Notes under the pieces: generated by a model | Seen by the model: only the letters and a program-made list of their open reading frames with translations | Database searches by the model: none | Told to the model about the DNA's origin: nothing | Shown: positions 26,681-36,227 of the stretch, piece by piece | Layout: each line of letters opens with the position of its first letter | How positions within the stretch are numbered: position 1 is the stretch's first letter | Program-made: the position numbers and the translations under genes | NCBI GenBank assembly: GCA_001794635.1 | Contig: MGKE01000001.1 | Location: 1 to 56,168 of the forward strand | Length of the DNA stretch: 56,168 nt | Source: Candidatus Yanofskybacteria bacterium RIFCSPLOWO2_01_FULL_39_28 | GTDB taxonomy: Bacteria > Patescibacteriota > Minisyncoccia > 2-02-FULL-40-12 > GWA2-44-9 | Direction: 5' to 3'

Positions 26681-26910
26681 TTTAATCCCAAGGCTTCATT
26701 TATTTTAATCCTATCAAATCCTACTATAAACTTGCCATTAATTTCAAGTATGGGGGCAACGACCATGCCCGTCTTGGACATGACCAATTGTTGAGCCGCC
26801 GGATTACCAACCAAACCTATTTCCTCGTATTTAACGTTTTTGGAGGTAAAATATTCTTTGGCCATCTTGCAATAAGCACAGATTGGTGTTGTATAAATTT
26901 TCACAATCAT
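26677..26910 (-). CDS. Glutaredoxin-like protein
   Basis: CAYC, VVAPILEING, IVGFD. Confidence 0.88.
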   Translation of the reverse strand: MIVKIYTTPICAYCKMAKEYFTSKNVKYEEIGLVGNPAAQQLVMSKTGMVVAPILEINGKFIVGFDRIKINEALGLK

Positions 26911-28241
26911 AGTTTTTTTAATATTTCTCTGGTTTCCCTTTTGTAATCCTCAACCTTCGGCTGATCAAAAGCGTTAACCCCTAATAATTTGGCTAAAAAC
27001 ATGGTTTCAATCATTTTTAATTGTAAATACTGTCCCAGAGTATCCTCGGTAATTTCGTGCATGACAATTTCGGAATACGGCAGGCCGTTTTTATAAAAAG
27101 CGATTTTTACCCCTTCAAAGATAGCATTCGTTATGTCAACTATTTTTTTACCACTAATATCAGGCGCCAGTTCCGGCAAAAAAAGCTCTGACGGAACCAC
27201 CAGTGAATTATCTTTCTGTGAAGCATAAACAAACTGTGTAAATTTATCCCGGGGCCCAGCAAAAAACAACTGGGCCATCGGATGCAAATCAGTAGAACCG
27301 ATTGAAACAATCGGAGTAATTCCAGTATTAACTTTCTGATTATTAAGATCATACTCCTTGCCGATGCTTTCAGCCATCAACTGGGTATACCATTTACCAA
27401 GAGATTTCAACTCCGGATTGAAATAAAAATTGTTATAAATTTTGATTCCCTGCTTATAGTGGGAATAAGTTAAAATAGCCGAAGCTAAAGCCGGATTCTG
27501 ATAACTATCGTGGTTAAGACATTTCTGGACCACCTCTGAAGCTCCTTCTAAAAACCTCTCAATATTAAAATTAGCTAAGCCAAGCGGAAAAAGTCCGACT
27601 GGAGACAAAACAGAATAACGACCGCTGACTTTTTGAGGAATCTCAAGAACATCTATTTTTTTATCCTCGGCCAACTGCCATAATTTTGTGCCTTTGGCAG
27701 TAGTAAACATGAGTCGGTCTTTTGCACTGTCGCCAAAGCGTTTCTTTAAAACATCGTAAATCACCTCAAAGTTAGCAACTGTTTCCGTAGTTTGGCCAGA
27801 TTTGCTAACCATGTTAACCAAAATCTCTTCCGGATTTTTGACTTGATTATTTAAAAAATCAACAATTTGAGCTAAAAGAGGTGGTGAAACGGTATCAGCA
27901 AATATCATTTTAGGGTCGTCTTCATGGATAAAAACATCCAGACGCCCCCTCAAAGCTCGATACAAAGCCATCGTACCAAGATTAGAACCGCCAATCCCAA
28001 CAACAACAACATATTTAAGTTCTTTGTTTCTTCTTTCTTTTACTTTATCAAACAAAACATTCTTGGATTTTTCATCCAAAGACAAGTTAATGGACGACTC
28101 CGGAGTCTCATAGTCCATTGACTTATAAATTTTGCCAAGGTAGTCAATATAATCTCTTAACTTTTCTTTGCCTGCACCCAACTCATCATCTCCGACTCTG
28201 GCGGTATTTTGATAAACTAATTCAATGTCTTTGTGTGCCAT
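26907..28241 (-). CDS. pgi: Glucose-6-phosphate isomerase
   Basis: VGIGGSNLG, SKSGQT, GRYSVLS, QLMAESIGK, FDQP-x-VE-x-YK. Confidence 0.95.
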   Translation of the reverse strand: MAHKDIELVYQNTARVGDDELGAGKEKLRDYIDYLGKIYKSMDYETPESSINLSLDEKSKNVLFDKVKERRNKELKYVVVVGIGGSNLGTMALYRALRGRLDVFIHEDDPKMIFADTVSPPLLAQIVDFLNNQVKNPEEILVNMVSKSGQTTETVANFEVIYDVLKKRFGDSAKDRLMFTTAKGTKLWQLAEDKKIDVLEIPQKVSGRYSVLSPVGLFPLGLANFNIERFLEGASEVVQKCLNHDSYQNPALASAILTYSHYKQGIKIYNNFYFNPELKSLGKWYTQLMAESIGKEYDLNNQKVNTGITPIVSIGSTDLHPMAQLFFAGPRDKFTQFVYASQKDNSLVVPSELFLPELAPDISGKKIVDITNAIFEGVKIAFYKNGLPYSEIVMHEITEDTLGQYLQLKMIETMFLAKLLGVNAFDQPKVEDYKRETREILKKL

Positions 28242-28269
28242 GTTATGATTAAGTTTTATTTAACTTATT

Positions 28270-28665
28270 TTAACTTTTTTTAAAATCTAAGGAAAGGGAG
28301 TTGATACAATATCTTTGACCGCCTTTTTCTTTTGGCCCGTCAGGAAAAACATGGCCTAAGTGCGAACCGCAATTTTTGCATAAAACTTCTGTCCGAATCA
28401 TGCCGTGACTTTTGTCTTCTTTTAATTCCACAAGTTCTCTGTTTACCGGTTCTGTAAAACTCGGCCAGCCGGTACCTGAATCAAATTTTGTATCTGATGA
28501 GAAAAGTTCCTGTCCGCAAGCGGCACAAACATACATGCCAGTTTCGTGATGCTTGTAATATTTACCCGTAAAAGCCGCCTCGGTCCCAGCTTTCCTTAAG
28601 ACCTTATACTGCTCCGGTGTCAGACACGTCTTCCACTCTTCTTCGGTTAGATTTGATTTATCCAT
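28270..28665 (-). CDS. msrB: Peptide methionine-(R)-sulfoxide reductase
   Basis: [30 protein letters not shown]. Confidence 0.96.
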   Translation of the reverse strand: MDKSNLTEEEWKTCLTPEQYKVLRKAGTEAAFTGKYYKHHETGMYVCAACGQELFSSDTKFDSGTGWPSFTEPVNRELVELKEDKSHGMIRTEVLCKNCGSHLGHVFPDGPKEKGGQRYCINSLSLDFKKS

Positions 28666-28715
28666 TAAAAGAATTATAACATAAATAAAGCCCAGTTATT
28701 TGAAAGCGAGTCTAT

Positions 28716-29474
28716 ATGGAGATTTGGAGCCATCGTTCTAGGGTTAATTTGATTGACTTTGGCAATAGTTTGGCTGGCTTAAGAATGTTAAGGCAAATGA
28801 GAGTGGACGGGGTAGAAGCGGATGTATCGTTTTCAAAAGACAAAGAAATAATAATTTACCACCCGGGAAGCATAAAGCCAGATTTGGTAACCCGTACCTG
28901 GCAAGAAATAATTGCAACCAAGTTACCAATCATAAACTTAACTGATTTGCTTGAATTTATGATTTCTAAACCAGGAATGAAATGTTGCCTTGATATCAAA
29001 CAAAACTCAAAAGAATTGGTCAAAAAAGTGATGGAATTGGTAACTTTTTACGATCTTGAAGACCAAATTTATTTAACTGCTTTTCAGAAAAGAATATCTT
29101 TCCTTCAAATTGAATCAGACAAAATGCTTTTAGAATATGCCAAAGAAATAAATCCAGATATACAGACGCATATTATTGCCACCTGGCCAGTCAATTTGCC
29201 TCAATTGGTTAAAATATACCGACCAAACATGATATCTATTGGCTGGCTCAAAGAACCATTTATTATCAAGGTAATAAGTAGGTCGTTATTTGAGTTGGTC
29301 ACCCTAACAACCGATCTTAGAACTCAAATCGTGGAAGTATCTGAAACAGGAGTTAAGGTATTAGGCGGAGTTGTAAATAGTCCGGACGATATGAATTATT
29401 TTTCTGAATTGGGGGTAGGTGGAATAATGACCGACAGTCCCTATGAGGCAATGCAACTTTTCAAAAAAAATTAA
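28716..29474 (+). CDS. Glycerophosphodiester phosphodiesterase family protein
   Basis: SHR, VEADV, H-x-x-x, LDIK, terminal GIMTD-x-P. Confidence 0.8.
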   Translation: MEIWSHRSRVNLIDFGNSLAGLRMLRQMRVDGVEADVSFSKDKEIIIYHPGSIKPDLVTRTWQEIIATKLPIINLTDLLEFMISKPGMKCCLDIKQNSKELVKKVMELVTFYDLEDQIYLTAFQKRISFLQIESDKMLLEYAKEINPDIQTHIIATWPVNLPQLVKIYRPNMISIGWLKEPFIIKVISRSLFELVTLTTDLRTQIVEVSETGVKVLGGVVNSPDDMNYFSELGVGGIMTDSPYEAMQLFKKN

Positions 29475-29496
29475 AAATCCCGCAACTGGGATTTTT
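29473..29496. terminator. Bidirectional intrinsic terminator
   Basis: AAAAATCCC-gcaact-GGGATTTTT between convergent genes. Confidence 0.7.
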
Positions 29497-30863
29497 TATT
29501 GAGGACCTGACTTCTCCATTTCTTCGGTCAGTTCTCTTATCCGGTCTTTTATCATTGCTGCCCGGTAATAATCCTCGGCTTTAGCCGAGAGACTGACTTG
29601 TTTCTTAAGATTATTTATCATTTGACGATATTCTTCTTTAGTAACAAAGAGCCGTTCTTTTACTTCCATTTTTTCCTGGATCTCTTCGTTCTCATGGCGA
29701 GCTATCTCGTCAACTAAACCGGTTCTTTGCCATTCAAAACCAGTAAAAAGAACATCTTTGTATAATTCTTCGGCTCTTTTTTTGTCTTCTTCTGAAGCAA
29801 TGGCTGACCTGGTAATAATTTGCTTAAGCTCAAAAGCGCCTCGTTCAATCATTTCCAAACTCCACCACGGTTTAGCCGATGACCACCAGTATTGATCGGA
29901 GTGAAGAGCTCTATCAAGCATAGACCGACTCTCTGTGTCAGAAAGATTTTGTTGAACCAGTTTAATAGCTAAATCTGTCAACTCCCATTGTTTTTTCTGA
30001 ACACTATTATCTTCATCTTTCCAGCGGGCAAAAGGTTTGTTTTCTTTTAAATTTTTTCTGGTAGTAGCCCAAGTAGAGTCTTTGGGATCAACAACAACAG
30101 AGTTTGGAAATTTGTTTATTAAATCGCTGACTAATACCGGCTCTATGTCGCTTGATTTAAAAATATCAAACAAAAGCATCTCCAGACCTGGACGATGATG
30201 GCCAAACGTTTCACCGTCCATAGCCGTAACGCTATAAACGTCTGATTTTAATCTTTGTTCTCCTATATAACGTAAAATTGTAGGTAAAATTCCCGCTCCA
30301 ATCTGAGCAGACAAAATAGTAAAAGACAAACGACGATCCCTGAAAAAAACTTTGAATTCATCCAAATCTTTTATTCTATAAATTGCATTATCAGCCGGCC
30401 CACGCTGTGAAGGAAAACCAAGCTCATCTACAATAATCCATTTATATCCCATCTTTTTTGCAACTTGGGCAACTTTCTTTGAATAAGCCATCTCGGGACT
30501 GAAAAAACCGCCCCTTTTCCATGAAGAACCAAAATAATGATTGAGGGTTTCTTCATTTAAAGAGATCTGTCTTTCAATTTCGGCTTCCGGCATCAAGGGT
30601 AAAAAGGCATGGTATTTAGCGCTTCCGGTAAGTTCTATATTGCCCCGATCAACAAGTTTTTTAATATTTTCCAGAACGTCTTTAGCGCCGTATTTTTCTA
30701 ATAACTCACACAATACGCCGTTAATATTCAGCGACAAGCGAGATCTGGGAATATCTAAAAGGCCGGAAAAAATTTTCCGATAGCATTCTTCTGCAATTCT
30801 CTTAATCCAGACCTCCTTTTGAATCGGTGGCTGGTAAATATGAATAAAATTGGCCCAATACAT
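29496..30863 (-). CDS. GH57 family glycoside hydrolase with C-terminal UvrB/C-like coiled coil
   Basis: HIYQP, H-x-x-LPL, GFFSPEMAYS, MDGETFGHH, SDQYWW; tail EDYYRAAMIKDRIREL. Confidence 0.85.
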   Translation of the reverse strand: MYWANFIHIYQPPIQKEVWIKRIAEECYRKIFSGLLDIPRSRLSLNINGVLCELLEKYGAKDVLENIKKLVDRGNIELTGSAKYHAFLPLMPEAEIERQISLNEETLNHYFGSSWKRGGFFSPEMAYSKKVAQVAKKMGYKWIIVDELGFPSQRGPADNAIYRIKDLDEFKVFFRDRRLSFTILSAQIGAGILPTILRYIGEQRLKSDVYSVTAMDGETFGHHRPGLEMLLFDIFKSSDIEPVLVSDLINKFPNSVVVDPKDSTWATTRKNLKENKPFARWKDEDNSVQKKQWELTDLAIKLVQQNLSDTESRSMLDRALHSDQYWWSSAKPWWSLEMIERGAFELKQIITRSAIASEEDKKRAEELYKDVLFTGFEWQRTGLVDEIARHENEEIQEKMEVKERLFVTKEEYRQMINNLKKQVSLSAKAEDYYRAAMIKDRIRELTEEMEKSGPQ

Positions 30864-32362
30864 TATTGGTTGTCTTTATGAAACCTAAGAGCCAGTTCAA
30901 AAAGTTTGACATATTCTTTTGCCGAGTGTTCCCAAGAAAAATCTTCGGCCATAGCTCTTTTCATAAGTTTTTCCCACCCCTTTTTCTGACGATACAATTC
31001 GCTAGCCCGAACAATTGCAATAGTCAAAGAAAAGGGATCATATTTTTCAAAAACAAAACCAGTACCTTCTTCTGTTTCGGGGCTGAAATCTGTGACCGAA
31101 TCGGCTAACCCGCCAACCTTTCTTACAATCGGGATACAGCCATATCTCATGGCCTCCATCTGAACAAGCCCGGATGGTTCAAAGCGGGATGGAATCAAAA
31201 CCGCATCGGCTCCACCAAAAATCATCCTAGGCAAACGAGCATCAAAAGAAAAATGCGTTCCAACTCTATCAGGATACTTGGCTTTTAATTCTTCAAAGTA
31301 ACTGCGATATCCTGGATTGCCTTCACCAACAACAATAAACTGGAAATTGATATTTTCCATCAATGGACCAAGGGCTTGAATAACAAGATCAAAGCCCTTT
31401 TGTTCATCCATTCGGCTAACCATGCCAACAACAAAAACGTCTCCCTTGGTCGCGGGTAAACCGAATTGTTTCTGTAGAGCTACCTGATTTTCTAACCGCT
31501 TATCCAATGATTTAACGGAGTAATTAGCAATGAGGTCTTTGTCTGTCTCCGGATCCAAAGATTCCGTGTCAATACCGTTTAAAATACCGAACAGACGAGA
31601 TTTGCGTTCATTCAAAAGTTTATCCAATCCTTCACCAAATTCTTCTGTAAGTATTTCACGGGCATATGTCGGGGAAACAGTATTAATTACATCGGCATAA
31701 AATATGCCACGACGCATACCGTTAAGTTTTTTTGTTCGTTCATCAAAAAAATCTGTAATTGGAGCTTGACCAGCATCAAAATCCATCTCAGAAACAAATT
31801 TAGGATCAAACAAACCCTGATATCTTAAATTGTGAATTGAAAAAATTATCGGAATCTTTGAAAGAATGGGGTCTTCTTTATAGTCGGTATGAACAAGATT
31901 TGGAATAAAACCTGACTGCCAGTCAGAGGCAATAACCAAATCGGGTTTCCAGTCTGATTTTTTAACAAATTCTAAAGCAGCCTTAGAAAGCAAAATCCAG
32001 CGAACCGTATCATCAGAATAACCATAAACATTGGCTCGCTTCTCGTAATATTCCATATTTTCTAAAAAATAATTAACCCAGCCATCACTTCCATCATAAC
32101 GAAGAATGTTAGAGACCAGTATTCCAAAGGGGTCTCGATCGCCGCTTTCAACTTTTAACTCGTGGATTTCTGTTTTAAGAGGATATTTATCAATATCTAT
32201 GGTGGCATATTTGGGAATTAAAACCCGAGCATCATGGCCAAGATTACGCAAAGCCCTAGGTAAAGAGTTCATTACCTCTCCCAAACCACCAACTTTCACA
32301 AAAGGAGCCGCTTCAGAAGCAACAAAAAGAATTTTTAGAGATTTTTTATTAGGTTGAAACAT
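30863..32362 (-). CDS. glgA: Glycogen synthase (GT5)
   Basis: SEAAPFVKVGGLG, TVSPTYA, GILNGID, SRM-x-EQKG, PSRFEP-x-GLVQ. Confidence 0.95.
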   Translation of the reverse strand: MFQPNKKSLKILFVASEAAPFVKVGGLGEVMNSLPRALRNLGHDARVLIPKYATIDIDKYPLKTEIHELKVESGDRDPFGILVSNILRYDGSDGWVNYFLENMEYYEKRANVYGYSDDTVRWILLSKAALEFVKKSDWKPDLVIASDWQSGFIPNLVHTDYKEDPILSKIPIIFSIHNLRYQGLFDPKFVSEMDFDAGQAPITDFFDERTKKLNGMRRGIFYADVINTVSPTYAREILTEEFGEGLDKLLNERKSRLFGILNGIDTESLDPETDKDLIANYSVKSLDKRLENQVALQKQFGLPATKGDVFVVGMVSRMDEQKGFDLVIQALGPLMENINFQFIVVGEGNPGYRSYFEELKAKYPDRVGTHFSFDARLPRMIFGGADAVLIPSRFEPSGLVQMEAMRYGCIPIVRKVGGLADSVTDFSPETEEGTGFVFEKYDPFSLTIAIVRASELYRQKKGWEKLMKRAMAEDFSWEHSAKEYVKLFELALRFHKDNQ

Positions 32363-32383
32363 GTTATTATTTTAACATATAAG

Positions 32384-33796
32384 ATGAGAAAGTTAATTCA
32401 ACTTATCCCCGCCGGCAGTGTAACTCTTGGCCTAACTACTTTGGTATCATACATATTTGGCCTTTTACGTGATAGAGTTTTTGCCCAAACATTTGGCGCA
32501 TCCCGCGCCCTTGATGCCTATAACGCCGCTTTTTTAATCCCGGATCTTTTGTTTAATATTCTGATAGCCAGCGGCATTGCCGCGGCTTTTGTGCCAATTT
32601 TTACTGAACTTTTTTACCATTCTTCGCAGAAGAATGGTAACCCTTCCGAAGCTTTAGCGAAGGAGGGTAACTATTTCAGTCACAAACGCTCTTACGATTA
32701 TGTCAATTCGGTTATCTCCGCCGCTATCACTACAATGGCCATAGCGGCCTTACTGCTTGCTTTTTTTGCCGAATCAGTAAGTGTTCTGGTTGCCCCGGGT
32801 TTTAATCTGGAAGAAAGATTGATGGTCGCCAAAATATTAAGAATCCTTGCTCTATCTCCTATTTTATTTGGTATATCAAATGCTTTAGGAGCGCTACTTG
32901 TAGCCAAAAGAAGATTTCTTTTTTATGGCCTTTCTCCTATTCTTTACAATCTTGGCATTATAGGCGGCGCTTTGTTTCTATCGCCGACATTTGGAATTAT
33001 GGGCGTAGCCATCGGAACAGTCATTGGAGCTTTATTCCATCTTTTAAGCCGGGCCATTGATGCTTTCTTGTCGGGTTTTAGTTTTAAACCAAACTTTAAA
33101 TTCAAAACTGGTGAATTTAAAAAAACAATTAAGTTAATGATTCCTAAAATGTTCGGCCATCCGGTAGAATTGGCAATGTTCTGGGGATTTACCGTTATTG
33201 CCTCAAGTCTCGGAACCGGTTCAATAGCTATTCTTAGTTTTGCCCGCAACTTCCAAAGTGTTCCGGTAAGTCTGATCGGCATAACTTTTTCAACCACCTC
33301 TTTCCCGATCATGGCCAAAGCTATCGCCGACCATTCTCTCAAAGATTTCAAGAAAACTTTAAAAAACTCGTTCTGGCTCATTCTTGGCGGAAGCACCTTG
33401 GCAGCAATTATTACCTTTTTAATTCGTGAACCTCTAATAAGAATTGTTCTTGGCGGCGGTGCTTTTAGTGAAGAAGCTATTTTAAAAACAGCCGCAATGC
33501 TGGGAATGTTTACTTTGGCTATGCCCACAGAATCTCTCCGCCATCTTTTCGCCAGAGCTTTTTACGCAACAAAAAACACGATTATCCCTGTCGTGTTAAG
33601 CATCTTAGGTCTTGCCATTGCTATTGGCGGAGGATATCTACTTTCTCCAAGATTCGGAATTTTATCTATTCCCATCTCTTTTTCCTTAGCTAGTTTTATT
33701 GAGTTAATCTTTCTAATAACTCTCCTTCCCTACCAGCTCAAAAAACTCCCCTCCTCTCCACAAATTGATTTGGAACTAGATCCGCATCAAAACTAA
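32384..33796 (+). CDS. murJ: Lipid II flippase MurJ/MviN
   Basis: GLLRDR, DAYNAAF-x-IPD, AAFVPIF, RAFYA; likely start ATG 32384. Confidence 0.9.
   Translation: MRKLIQLIPAGSVTLGLTTLVSYIFGLLRDRVFAQTFGASRALDAYNAAFLIPDLLFNILIASGIAAAFVPIFTELFYHSSQKNGNPSEALAKEGNYFSHKRSYDYVNSVISAAITTMAIAALLLAFFAESVSVLVAPGFNLEERLMVAKILRILALSPILFGISNALGALLVAKRRFLFYGLSPILYNLGIIGGALFLSPTFGIMGVAIGTVIGALFHLLSRAIDAFLSGFSFKPNFKFKTGEFKKTIKLMIPKMFGHPVELAMFWGFTVIASSLGTGSIAILSFARNFQSVPVSLIGITFSTTSFPIMAKAIADHSLKDFKKTLKNSFWLILGGSTLAAIITFLIREPLIRIVLGGGAFSEEAILKTAAMLGMFTLAMPTESLRHLFARAFYATKNTIIPVVLSILGLAIAIGGGYLLSPRFGILSIPISFSLASFIELIFLITLLPYQLKKLPSSPQIDLELDPHQN
32639..32668. repeat. Family A hairpin in frame within murJ
   Basis: CCTTCC-GAA-GCTTTAGC-GAA-GGAGG, encoding PSEALAKEG. 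Confidence 0.75.
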
Positions 33797-34560
33797 CCAA
33801 CAATTATTACAACTTTTCTCCCATTATCTATATCCCCGTTATTCCAGTCATGGATAGCATTCATTATAACTGATGAAGAGTAGATAAAGTCAGAGCCCCT
33901 TTTAGTACCAGGGTCATTAGTAATAAAGTTACCCTCTTTGGTGTAACCCTTAATGACTAACATGTGGTATAAAGGCCCCGGCTGGCGGAAATATGGATTA
34001 CCTAACTGCTGACCGGCAGCGGGAATAATAACAGCTTTCTTTTCGGCCAATGCTTTTTTAATATCATTTTCGGTCGGATTATAAACCAGCCTGATTTTAT
34101 CTATTTTGTAAAATTCTCTAAGTATTGTTGCTGTTTCTTCGGCAGAAGTATCTTTGTGATAACCGAATCTTTGTTCTTCAAATAATTTTATTTCAAGCAT
34201 TTTTTGATCGGCAAAATCAGGACCAGCAATAGTTGTGCCAAAAACATAACTCGCCGCCATCAAAACCGATGCTTCTTCGCAAAAATCACCATAAGGATCT
34301 TCCCAATTAGCATAGGGTGCCTGAACTGTAAATGGGACGGCCAAGTTAATTTCTACCGGCATTGAACCAATATCAGTAATTAACTCTGGTTCGGCTGGAA
34401 TAGTTTTTGATGTCACAGTAGATTTGGGTGATTTATAAACCTGAGCTGTCGGTATCGGTTCTTTAATAACCTCCGGCTTGTTTTTATAAAAAACAAAAAA
34501 CGCCCCTATCCCCAGAAAAACAACAACAAAAACAACGATCTTAAACCAATTTTTACTCAT
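33793..34560 (-). CDS. C39-like peptidase, membrane anchored
   Basis: VPF-x-x-QAP, CEEAS, HMLVIKGY, NDPG. Confidence 0.85.
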   Translation of the reverse strand: MSKNWFKIVVFVVVFLGIGAFFVFYKNKPEVIKEPIPTAQVYKSPKSTVTSKTIPAEPELITDIGSMPVEINLAVPFTVQAPYANWEDPYGDFCEEASVLMAASYVFGTTIAGPDFADQKMLEIKLFEEQRFGYHKDTSAEETATILREFYKIDKIRLVYNPTENDIKKALAEKKAVIIPAAGQQLGNPYFRQPGPLYHMLVIKGYTKEGNFITNDPGTKRGSDFIYSSSVIMNAIHDWNNGDIDNGRKVVIIVG

Positions 34561-34662
34561 AGTATTCTTTAATATAGCCGAATTTTAAAAATTTGACAAT
34601 TCATAAAAAAAGTATAAAGTCTAATATCAGAACCTTAACTAAATGACCGAGGTAGTCTTTCC

Positions 34663-36204
34663 ATGACTTGGCCAAAGCCGTTAGGTATTCGTCTCTGTAA
34701 AACTGAATCTCCAGCCTTGGTCTTATTAAAAGCTGACGGCACCAGAATTGAATATTCTTGGGAACAGTATAACACCAAATCTCTTCAGTCCCTTCATACT
34801 CTTAAAACTGAAGGGGTCATGCCGGGAGATTTTATAGCAGTTATTGCAACCAACCTGCCTGAATCTTTCTTCGTAATGTCAGCAATAATTATGGCCGGTG
34901 CGATAATTGTTCCTATAAATTTTCCGGTCGTAAAAGAACCGGGTTACAATGAACTAAAATCAATTTTAAAGGATTGCCAACCTAAATTAGTAGCAACCAA
35001 CGAGTGTCTGATTAAATACCTGCTTGGTTCGGGAATAGGATGTATGAGTTTTGAGGACATTATAAATCTAGGCGAAGGAGAAACTGAACAAGTTACTTCT
35101 TTTGTTAATGACATTCAGGAAGATAAGCTCATGGTTATGCCTTATACTTCAGGAACTACTGGAAACCCGAAGGGAGTCATGCTCAATTATAAGAACATCT
35201 CTAACCGGGTAAAAGCAGTATCAAGAGTATTCGGAATTACGCAGAAGGAACGGCTATTGTCATATCTTCCCCTAGGCCACATCTCTGAACTAGTAGCTAC
35301 CTTTTTTGGACAATTAGACAATGGTTACACTGTTTATTTCACTGAACATATTAAAGAAATAACAGAAAACAGGGAAAACTTCAGAAAAGCGTTCCCTAAA
35401 ATCTTAGCTGATGTGAAACCGACAATATTCCTTGCTGTCCCTAAAATCTGGTCCAATTTAAGAATTGGAGTAGAGAAACAGATTAAACCAATCCCAAACT
35501 TCCTCTTTCAAATCAGTTTTATTAAAAACTTTGTTGCTAACCGAATTAAATCCAAACTCGGTCTTGATAACACCAGATTTTTTATAAGTGCCAGTGCCCG
35601 ACTTTTTCCTGAAGATAAAAAATTTTTCGCTGGACTGGGTATTAATATAAACGATATTTATGGCCAGACTGAAACAGCTGGACCGATTATTATGGACGGC
35701 CAGATAATCGGCGACGCTAATGTGTTTGCCGGTGAAGACAGCGAGATAACTGTTGCCGGAAACTGCGTAATGATGGGTTACTACAAAATTGACAAAACAT
35801 TTGTGAATGGGTATGGCACTGGAGACAGGGGTTCATGGCAATCTGGTCGTGTTCTATTCCAAGGAAGAATTAAGGATGGGTTCAAACTTTCCCAAGGAGA
35901 ATTTGTGTCTGAAGCCAAAATTGAATTACTAGAAAATGAAATTAGAAAAATTGATGGAGTTCAAGAAGTTATTGTCTGCGGTGAAAGCAAGCCCTATATG
36001 GTAGCCCTGATATTCAGTCCCGACCACCAATCAGGATATCTAAAAGAGGACATCCAAAAAGCCCTGACTTTAATCAGCGAAGGGATCTATAAGGTTAAAA
36101 AATTTATTCTGCTTAATCCGTCCCAACTGGAACTAACTTCAACTCTAAAAGTCAAAAGGAGTAAAATAATCCAAAAGTTCCAACAACAAATTGATCAACT
36201 CTAA
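34663..36204 (+). CDS. AMP-dependent long-chain acyl-CoA synthetase-like ligase
   Basis: YTSGTTGNPKG, SYLPL-x-H, YGQTE, TGD-x-G, GR-x-KD; promoter TTGACA 34593 with TAAAGT. Confidence 0.88.
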   Translation: MTWPKPLGIRLCKTESPALVLLKADGTRIEYSWEQYNTKSLQSLHTLKTEGVMPGDFIAVIATNLPESFFVMSAIIMAGAIIVPINFPVVKEPGYNELKSILKDCQPKLVATNECLIKYLLGSGIGCMSFEDIINLGEGETEQVTSFVNDIQEDKLMVMPYTSGTTGNPKGVMLNYKNISNRVKAVSRVFGITQKERLLSYLPLGHISELVATFFGQLDNGYTVYFTEHIKEITENRENFRKAFPKILADVKPTIFLAVPKIWSNLRIGVEKQIKPIPNFLFQISFIKNFVANRIKSKLGLDNTRFFISASARLFPEDKKFFAGLGININDIYGQTETAGPIIMDGQIIGDANVFAGEDSEITVAGNCVMMGYYKIDKTFVNGYGTGDRGSWQSGRVLFQGRIKDGFKLSQGEFVSEAKIELLENEIRKIDGVQEVIVCGESKPYMVALIFSPDHQSGYLKEDIQKALTLISEGIYKVKKFILLNPSQLELTSTLKVKRSKIIQKFQQQIDQL

Positions 36205-36225
36205 ACCCTCTGCCGAGGGTTTTTA
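36203..36225. terminator. Intrinsic terminator
   Basis: AAACCCTC-tgcc-GAGGGTTT plus T run. Confidence 0.7.
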
Positions 36226-36227
36226 AT

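Noticed and set aside
32944-33528. 194-aa minus-strand ORF
   Set aside because: Antisense to murJ, which has clear family motifs.
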